Source: an uncultured virus (IMG/VR IMGVR_UViG_2841629896_000002) (lineage: Duplodnaviria > Heunggongvirae > Uroviricota > Caudoviricetes). Taken from it: a DNA stretch of 35,543 nt. The translations under genes were made by a program, and so were the position numbers. Of this stretch, positions 29,423-35,543 are shown in pieces; the stretch's first letter is position 1, and each line of letters starts with the position of its first letter. The stretch is taken from IMG/VR virus record IMGVR_UViG_2841629896_000002. The stretch is one strand, 5' to 3'. The notes below the pieces were generated by a model. That model saw only the letters and a list, made by a program, of their open reading frames with translations. It ran no database searches and was not told the DNA's origin.

Positions 29423-29560
29423 TTGACAATATGGCGAAAATATGAATAATCGAATCAGGTGCCTAAGAAACACTTTAAATACACAGCGGATAGATTGCCG
29501 ATACAATCTTTTCTCCGCCGATTAAAAACTTTGACTCGTTATATGTTACACGCATATAAT
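29423..29560 (+). promoter_or_regulatory. Tandem promoters of c4-like leader
   Basis: ttgaca 29423; ttgact 29531 / tataat 29555 (18-bp spacer); mirrored upstream of copy 1. Confidence 0.55.
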
Positions 29561-29565
29561 GGTTT

Positions 29566-29648
29566 TGTCGGGTGTGGCTGTGCCATAAAATACCCTTTTG
29601 GGAAAAGCATAGCGACGGACTGTGTACCGTGTTTCTTAGCACCCGGCA
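29566..29648 (+). ncRNA. c4/CI-like antisense RNA, copy 3
   Basis: ctgtgta (29620) and gtgtttcttag (29629) are complementary to 29463-29486 and 29667-29688. Confidence 0.7.
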
Positions 29649-29697
29649 CTCTCTTTAGAGTGTCAATAAGAAACTTCTAACTACACAGGGGTTCATC

Positions 29698-30438
29698 ATG
29701 AACACACTTATAGAAATTAGAGAAAGCACTGCTAATAGTGTTAGCACTCAGACTATGTCTAGTCGTGAGATTGCTGAATTGTGCGGTAAACAACACACGC
29801 ATATTATGCGTGATATTCGAAAAATGTTAGGAGAATTATACTCTGAAAGTACTGAATCCAAATTTGGATTGAGTGAATTTACAGGGTTATACAAAGATTC
29901 AACAGGTCGCACTCTCCCTTGTTATAACCTTCCTAAGCGTGAATGTTTAATTCTTGTTTCTGGTTACAGCACCGCCTTACGAGCAAAGATAATTGACCGA
30001 TGGCAAGAGTTGGAAAGGCAGGTAGCAACACCACAAGTTGACTACTCCAAACCCGAAGCATTGCTTGGTGTTTTGAATCATCTACAAAGCCAAATCGAGC
30101 AAAAAGACCATGTTATTGCAGAACTAACTCCAAAAGCAGAAGCTTTAGAAGGTTTAAAACGTTCTGATGGGTTGTTTGGTTTAATCGAAGCAGCAAAAAT
30201 GTTAGAGGTGCGACCAAAGGATTTAACGGATTATTTGCGTAAACATGATTGGGTCTATCGACGTGCTCCAGGGGCGCCTCTATTACCTTATCAGGATAAA
30301 ATCAAGAAAGGATTCATGGATTGCCCTGCTATCACCATTCAAAGACCGGATGGTACAGAAAAGGTACTCCCTTCAACGAAAATCACATCGAGAGGATTGG
30401 CATGTTTAAGAGAACAAATCCATGGAGGTGTACAATGA
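29698..30438 (+). CDS. Phage antirepressor, Rha-type N-domain plus KilAC (ANT) C-domain
   Basis: MSSREIAELCGKQH.HIMRDIR...YNLPKRECLILVSGYS..LRAKIIDRWQELE. Confidence 0.9.
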   Translation: MNTLIEIRESTANSVSTQTMSSREIAELCGKQHTHIMRDIRKMLGELYSESTESKFGLSEFTGLYKDSTGRTLPCYNLPKRECLILVSGYSTALRAKIIDRWQELERQVATPQVDYSKPEALLGVLNHLQSQIEQKDHVIAELTPKAEALEGLKRSDGLFGLIEAAKMLEVRPKDLTDYLRKHDWVYRRAPGAPLLPYQDKIKKGFMDCPAITIQRPDGTEKVLPSTKITSRGLACLREQIHGGVQ

Positions 30439-30713
30439 AGATAGATACCAACTTCTTATGTGATTTGTGGATGGCGTTATCTCAATTTTCTAGACATGAG
30501 AATATGAATGACAAAGATTGTACAGCTCTGGTTGATACTATGAGTGTCATAGAAAAAGCTTTGATTTCAAAACTCCAAGATGAGATGCCAAGTATACTTA
30601 GAATCTTAACAGTTCTCACAGATTTTGGAGCTTCAGAGTTACCGCATAGCATGGATTCTTTATTGCGCGCTTATGAACCAAATTTAGAGAACCCTATTAA
30701 AAAGGTTGCTTAA
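30435..30713 (+). CDS. Hypothetical phage protein, paralogue of 6265-6543
   Basis: ATGA coupling, same length and ends. Confidence 0.75.
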   Translation: MKIDTNFLCDLWMALSQFSRHENMNDKDCTALVDTMSVIEKALISKLQDEMPSILRILTVLTDFGASELPHSMDSLLRAYEPNLENPIKKVA

Positions 30714-30767
30714 GTAAAATATATACTCCCTCCTCGTTCTCAAAAATGGGGAGGTGGTTAATACAGA

Positions 30768-31079
30768 TTAAACGTGTGGAACCGGTCGTTCAAGAGGTTG
30801 TACAGCCAAACGCAACCCCATGGTATGCAGTAACGCATTTAGGCTACGGAACTCTGGATTGCCTTTTTCTGAAAGTGTACGATAAAGTTGCGTAGGATTC
30901 AATTTGGCTGCTTTGGCTACAGCTTGAACACCACCATAGGCTTTTGCCATTTGACGAAGTGTTACAAGCAGTTCCCCCTGGTCACCATCTGCTAGGATTG
31001 CATCAAGGGTCGCTGCTGCTACTTCAGGGTCATTATGGAATATTTCTGCCATTGCATCATCATGGCTACGATCTTTCAT
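30768..31079 (-). CDS. Addiction-module antidote (HTH antitoxin)
   Basis: LRQMAKAYGG...QLYRTLSEKGNP...MGLRL. Confidence 0.88.
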   Translation of the reverse strand: MKDRSHDDAMAEIFHNDPEVAAATLDAILADGDQGELLVTLRQMAKAYGGVQAVAKAAKLNPTQLYRTLSEKGNPEFRSLNALLHTMGLRLAVQPLERPVPHV

Positions 31080-31090
31080 CTTTGCACTCC

Positions 31091-31414
31091 TTAATCTTCA
31101 CGGTTTTGCCAATCGTACCAACAAGCACATGCACGAGTGATATCGGTGTTTTGTGTTTTTTTGGTACCACCGCATAATAACAATAATACAGTCTTTCCAG
31201 ACTGAGCATAATAAATTCGGTAACCAGGACCAATATTCATACGCAGTTCATAGACACCATCACGAAGCGGCTTGAAATCGCCAAAATTTCCTTGCTCTAA
31301 ACGATTAAGACGGCGAATAATTGCAGTTTTAGCCTGCACATCACGGAGCTTTCGCAGCCAATCAGCTATCAAGTCTTTGCCATCAGAGGTAAGGTAGTGA
31401 CGTATTTCAAACAT
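31091..31414 (-). CDS. Addiction-module killer (RelE/ParE-family toxin)
   Basis: GNFGDFKPLRDGVYELR..GPGYRIYY...LLLCGG.K..Q..DI. Confidence 0.9.
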   Translation of the reverse strand: MFEIRHYLTSDGKDLIADWLRKLRDVQAKTAIIRRLNRLEQGNFGDFKPLRDGVYELRMNIGPGYRIYYAQSGKTVLLLLCGGTKKTQNTDITRACACWYDWQNRED

Positions 31415-31419
31415 AATGC

Positions 31420-31441
31420 ATATTCGTTTATAAACGAATAT
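31420..31441. promoter_or_regulatory. Perfect 22-bp palindrome, probable TA operator
   Basis: atattcgtttataaacgaatat between a minus-strand ttgaca (31443-31448) and the toxin start. Confidence 0.65.
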
Positions 31442-31482
31442 TTGTCAAGAGCGAAAGAAATTTATTTTTAGATTTTCAATCT

Positions 31483-31508
31483 GCCCCGCCTTGTGTGGGG
31501 CTTTTTTA
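31483..31508 (+). terminator. Rho-independent terminator-like hairpin before lysis genes
   Basis: gccccgc-cttgt-gtggggc followed by a T-run. Confidence 0.55.
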
Positions 31509-31519
31509 TGGAGAAGCAT

Positions 31520-32182
31520 ATGCGAAAAATATCACCAGAAGGGCTAGCACTGATTAAACAATGGGAAGGCTTGCGTTTGAATGCCTATAAAGATGCCATT
31601 GGGGTATGGACCATTGGTTATGGACATACAAACAATGCTGGAAAACCTTTTGTTCATAAAGGCATGGCAATCACTGAAAAACAAGCTGAAGAACTTCTTT
31701 GCCAAGATTTAAGACAATTTGAGAATGCTGTTGAACGCGCTGTTACGGTTTCATTAACAGATGAACAATTCGCAGCTTTGGTTTCCTTTTGCTATAATGT
31801 AGGAACAACAGCTTTTTGCAATTCGACCCTATTAAAAAAACTCAATAACGGTGAATATGAAGCAATTCCAACCGAATTACAGAAATGGACTAAAGGCGGT
31901 GGTAAACGCTTGCAAGGTCTTGTACACCGACGTGCAGCTGAAGCAGGCTTATGGGCGAAAGGTGCTTTTGTTTCCTCGAATTACCAAACCGTAGAAACGC
32001 AAGCGCAAACCGGGATTTTCAAAGCCGAAGCTCTTGCTCCAATCATTGGTTCTTTTTCTGGGCTTGGAGGCTTATTAGCAGGCAATGGTCCAGTGCAATG
32101 GGCGCTCGCCACTATCATGGTTTTAGCCGCAGGTGTTGGTCTTTTCTTTGTTGCTAAACGTTTTCAGGAACACCGTTTATGA
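31520..32182 (+). CDS. GH24 lysozyme (endolysin) with hydrophobic C-terminal extension
   Basis: EGLRLNAYKD..GVWTIGYGHT, ALVSFCYNVG, GLVHRRAAE; RBS ggag at 31510. Confidence 0.93.
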   Translation: MRKISPEGLALIKQWEGLRLNAYKDAIGVWTIGYGHTNNAGKPFVHKGMAITEKQAEELLCQDLRQFENAVERAVTVSLTDEQFAALVSFCYNVGTTAFCNSTLLKKLNNGEYEAIPTELQKWTKGGGKRLQGLVHRRAAEAGLWAKGAFVSSNYQTVETQAQTGIFKAEALAPIIGSFSGLGGLLAGNGPVQWALATIMVLAAGVGLFFVAKRFQEHRL

Positions 32183-32406
32183 TCTTATGGATGAAAAGAA
32201 ATCTACTATTAACAGGCGCGGCTCTAGCCGCTTTTTTTATAGCTTTGGCAAAAGCTTTCACCCTTGGGAAAAAGGCAGAACAGCAAAAGCAAACAGAAAA
32301 AACCTTAAAGGCAGCAACAACACGGCTGGAGGTGGAAAATGAAGTTAATCAGAAAAGTGATGCTGATGTGCGTGCTGCTCTCTCTCGCTGGTTGCGTAAC
32401 AAATAA
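32179..32406 (+). CDS. Probable i-spanin-like membrane protein
   Basis: N-terminal TM segment plus helical tail; overlapped by a lipoprotein gene. Confidence 0.55.
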   Translation: MILWMKRNLLLTGAALAAFFIALAKAFTLGKKAEQQKQTEKTLKAATTRLEVENEVNQKSDADVRAALSRWLRNK

Positions 32407-32542
32407 GTATGTCTCTTGTGTTGGTTGGTTACCAATTTATTTAGAGAGAAAAGATGTCAACGTCATCAGTTCGAGCTTAGCAAGAGAGATCTTAAAGCAT
32501 AACAAGCAGGGCGAACGTGTATGTGGGTGGAAACATGGCTAG
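32339..32542 (+). CDS. Probable o-spanin-like lipoprotein
   Basis: RBS ggaggt; signal peptide with lipobox LAGC. Confidence 0.6.
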   Translation: MKLIRKVMLMCVLLSLAGCVTNKYVSCVGWLPIYLERKDVNVISSSLAREILKHNKQGERVCGWKHG

Positions 32543-32747
32543 GAAAAGAACACAAGACGATATAGAGCTTACAGAAGGAGAAAAAGAAATCCTTCAAGAA
32601 ATCATCATGACCTACAAAAGTATAAAAGTGATGTCACGTTATACGAAATGGATTGTACTCATTATACTCTTATTAGCACTTGATTTTTCACGTCTTATAG
32701 ATGCTGTAGAAAATATTTTTACACAAAAACCAAATATCCGACTCTAA
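32535..32747 (+). CDS. Small single-TM protein (holin candidate)
   Basis: WIVLIILLLAL segment; last gene of the lysis cluster. Confidence 0.4.
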   Translation: MARKRTQDDIELTEGEKEILQEIIMTYKSIKVMSRYTKWIVLIILLLALDFSRLIDAVENIFTQKPNIRL

Positions 32748-32877
32748 ATACACTCTGAAACATGCAAAACTGTTTAGCAAATAAATTATCAATTTAGCAC
32801 GTCTCAAAGATGCGAGAGATAATGTCGTTTTACACATCTCAAACAGTGGTTTTCAAAACATTAACAATTTGATCCCC

Positions 32878-34053
32878 TTAGGTCGCTCCTGTTATAAATG
32901 CAGCCCACTGTTCCATAAGGGTATGTCGTTGTTCTAAAAAATCTGTCCGCATATAAGCTTTTGTCACTGAACTCCCAACGGAATGCGCAAGAACAGTTTC
33001 TGCAATCTCAAATGGTGTTGACGTTGTTTCTGCTATCCAGTCACGAAGACTAGATCTGAAACCATGGGGTCTATAATCAAAACCTTTGTCTTTCATGAAT
33101 TTAGAAAGTGTTACATCAGATATAGGCTTTCCAGAACTCCCAGCAAACAAAAAACCATTTTTTTCAAAGGGGAGAGATTTTTCAATCACTTTTAAAGCTT
33201 CATCACTCAATGGCACGCGAAAATCTGAAACCTTTCCTACAATGCCCTTCATATTTTCTTTGGGTATCGTCCATGTATTTTTATCAATTTGTTCGAGACG
33301 CAAATAGCGCAATGGATACGACCGTACTCCAGTCAAAATAAGCAACTTCAGTGCTAAATTTGAAAGAATCTTATCATCCAAGCTTTGATAAAAAGCCGGA
33401 ACTTCCTGCCATGGCATAGCAGGAATATTTTGAACATTTTGAATAAATTTTCCCAATAAAGCTTTTGCTTTTGGTACCAATTGCATGTCCACATCTATAC
33501 CACGTGCTGCGGCATGTTTTATAGCAATATTCAAACGTGATAAAGCCTTGCTCGCTGTTTCATTTTTTGTTTTCCAAATAGGCAACAAACACTCTTTTAT
33601 ATCAAATTGCGTTAATTCAGTAATTGCTATATCCCCAAGTTTAGGAAAAACATGCAATGTAAGAGGTGCTAACCACCTTGCTGCTTTACCTTCATTTTTC
33701 AATTCGCTTTTTTTAGCTTCAAAAGCACTTAAAACTATTTTTTGTAAAGAAATACTATCAACTGCCTGCCGTAATTTTTCATTTTTCCTTTTACGAATCG
33801 GGTCAATACCTTGGTGCAAAAGGTCACGGCAAGCTGTAGCTTTAAGCCTCGCTTCTTTCAAAGATACAACGCTACAAGAGCCTAATCCCATTTCACGACG
33901 TTTTTTATTGAAATCAAATCGAAAAATCCAACGCCCTTGATTTTGGGCTGTTTTGATAAGCCATAGCCCAGCTCCATCAGCATATTTTCCTTTAGATAGA
34001 TTTTTTACAGATAAGACAGACAGTCTATCACGTGTTCTCGTTCTGCTAACCAC
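32878..34053 (-). CDS. int: Prophage P4-family tyrosine integrase
   Basis: KYADGAGL, RREMGLG, LTGVR, HGFRSS, LAH, AYMR. Confidence 0.95.
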   Translation of the reverse strand: MVSRTRTRDRLSVLSVKNLSKGKYADGAGLWLIKTAQNQGRWIFRFDFNKKRREMGLGSCSVVSLKEARLKATACRDLLHQGIDPIRKRKNEKLRQAVDSISLQKIVLSAFEAKKSELKNEGKAARWLAPLTLHVFPKLGDIAITELTQFDIKECLLPIWKTKNETASKALSRLNIAIKHAAARGIDVDMQLVPKAKALLGKFIQNVQNIPAMPWQEVPAFYQSLDDKILSNLALKLLILTGVRSYPLRYLRLEQIDKNTWTIPKENMKGIVGKVSDFRVPLSDEALKVIEKSLPFEKNGFLFAGSSGKPISDVTLSKFMKDKGFDYRPHGFRSSLRDWIAETTSTPFEIAETVLAHSVGSSVTKAYMRTDFLEQRHTLMEQWAAFITGAT

Positions 34054-34094
34054 CTTCTAAACCACCTTTTAAAAACCACCTTCTGAACCACCTT
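34048..34094. repeat. Four aaccacctt direct repeats (arm-type sites) over the int start
   Basis: Copies at 34048, 34060, 34074, 34086. Confidence 0.75.
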
Positions 34095-34258
34095 TTGAAT
34101 CGCACTTGGAGCGATTTCATTTGATAGCAAGATTATATACAAAAGGCAATTTTATAAATAAAATAAAATAAAAACAGTTAGTTATAAATATAGAAAAAAG
34201 TAAAACGCGCAATCAGGTGATAGCGTAGAGAATTCTAAATAAAGAAAAAATAGGTGCA

Positions 34259-34272
34259 CGCCGTCCGCACCA
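34259..34272 (+). other. Probable prophage attR: displaced tRNA 3' end (cgccgtccgcacca)
   Basis: GC-rich 14-mer ending in ACCA about 200 bp upstream of int, at the phage/host boundary; no full tRNA present. Confidence 0.5.
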
Positions 34273-34601
34273 TTTTATGCCTTTTTTGTTTTCTCATCAT
34301 TTGGGTAGAAAACGCTTTTTAAGCAACGCTATAACGATTATCAAATGAAACTGTCATAATGCGAAGAGCGAAGCGTCCCTTCTTTGCACACAAATATTTT
34401 AGCTATACCTTATGAATCAAAGCAACTTCATTCTTAATAATTAAGAATCTGAGTAATGCTTCCTTACCTCCTCATCGTCACTCAAAATCAAAGATCTCTT
34501 TCTTTTCCATGAAAGAGATTTACCATGCATAAAATTTCAAAAAATAAAGGCCCTATCAAAGACAGGACCTCTTAGACTTGAGCTTCTTTATTTCCAAAAA
34601 A

Positions 34602-35528
34602 CTAGAATTTATAAGCTATTCCTGCACGGAAATCATTCGTCTTATATTTAATTTCAATTTCGTCTTTAAATTTCTTTTTACCAAAATCTGAATAACGATA
34701 TTCCGCACGTACAACAAGATTATCTGTCATCGCAAAATCAACACCACCACCAAGAGTATAACCAACCATCGTTTTTGTCACATCCGATGTCTTATTAAAG
34801 GATTCATCTCCTGTAATGACTGTCGACAAAACATCTTGAAATTGTCCATAGGCGATACCACCTGCAATATAAGGCATCACACGATGAGCAGATAACCCTA
34901 AACGCACCCGTGTCGCACCCGTCCATTTTTGTTTGAATGTATGATTAAAAGTTAAACTATTTTTTTCTTCTTTATTCTCTGGATCAGATCGAGAAAAGCC
35001 TCGCCCCTGTAGTTTTGCCCTTTTCAAACTTTTCTCTTCTGTACCTTCAGTTCCTTCAGTGCTCGATCCACCAGCCTCAGTTCCTTCAGTGCCAGACCCA
35101 CTAGTAGATTCTTCAGTATGGATGAAAGTTTTTGTATCCTTTTTTTCCGTTAAAAGGATATCCGTATCAAGCCCAACAATCAAATTATTACCAAGATCAA
35201 AATTAACACCCGCATACAAACCACCTACAAACCCAGAAAGCTCAGGCTTATATTGTTTCTCAAGGGGCACCCATGGCTTATTTTTACTCTCCTCATCAGG
35301 ATAGAGAGGAGTATCAACATCACGCGTTGTTCCAGAAATTTTACTTGAAAAGCCACCAATTTGACCTCCAAAATAAAAACCCGCCCAAGAAAAGGGTGAA
35401 GAAGCAACAACTTCTGAAACAACATGTACTGGATGTACTGGCTCTTCTGGCGCCACCACATCAGCAGCCTGTACGATAGAAGGTGAAATAAAAGAAAAAA
35501 TAGATGCTGTTAGAAATTTCGTATTCAT
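34602..35528 (-). CDS. Hemin-binding outer-membrane protein (Hbp; Omp25/RopB family)
   Basis: Signal peptide-AAD, FSWAGFYFGGQIG, RAEYRYSDFG, terminal YKF; likely start MNTKFL at 35528. Confidence 0.9.
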   Translation of the reverse strand: MNTKFLTASIFSFISPSIVQAADVVAPEEPVHPVHVVSEVVASSPFSWAGFYFGGQIGGFSSKISGTTRDVDTPLYPDEESKNKPWVPLEKQYKPELSGFVGGLYAGVNFDLGNNLIVGLDTDILLTEKKDTKTFIHTEESTSGSGTEGTEAGGSSTEGTEGTEEKSLKRAKLQGRGFSRSDPENKEEKNSLTFNHTFKQKWTGATRVRLGLSAHRVMPYIAGGIAYGQFQDVLSTVITGDESFNKTSDVTKTMVGYTLGGGVDFAMTDNLVVRAEYRYSDFGKKKFKDEIEIKYKTNDFRAGIAYKF

Positions 35529-35543
35529 AAAATTATACCCCAT

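Noticed and set aside
29459..29680. 73-aa ORF in the antirepressor leader and 5' extension 18844-18969
   Set aside because: Both overlap the c4-like RNA and its targets; conservation is explained at RNA level, though an icd/ash-like peptide is not excluded.
34200..34290. Complete tRNA gene
   Set aside because: Only a 14-nt 3'-end-like segment; no D- or T-arm upstream.

Overview
AT-rich alphaproteobacterial DNA. Gene content (hemin-binding OMP, P2-like tail module) points to Bartonella; this is an inference. The window is the right part of a P2-like prophage. It holds a Gly-rich tail-fibre 3' fragment, a toxin-antitoxin cluster, two antirepressor operons with c4-type antisense leaders, the sheath-tube-chaperone-tape measure-U-X-D tail module, a lysis cassette, a P4-family integrase and a probable tRNA-3'-end attR. 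A chromosomal hbp gene follows. Two related satellite-like integrative elements parasitise the prophage. One complete ~15.6 kb element (8200-23764) sits inside the tail sheath gene at a 9-7-9 tyrosine-recombinase core, and precise excision would restore the reading frame. It carries an integrase, AlpA, a YfjI/DUF3987 replication protein, a Type ISP restriction-modification enzyme between inverted iteron blocks, and a cassette-like array of hexapeptide-repeat (left-handed beta-helix, LbH) genes under its own c4-like RNA switch. The right end of a sister element (1-~3842), with a different LbH array, abuts the tail-fibre gene fragment. All calls come from reading the sequence; no database searches were run.
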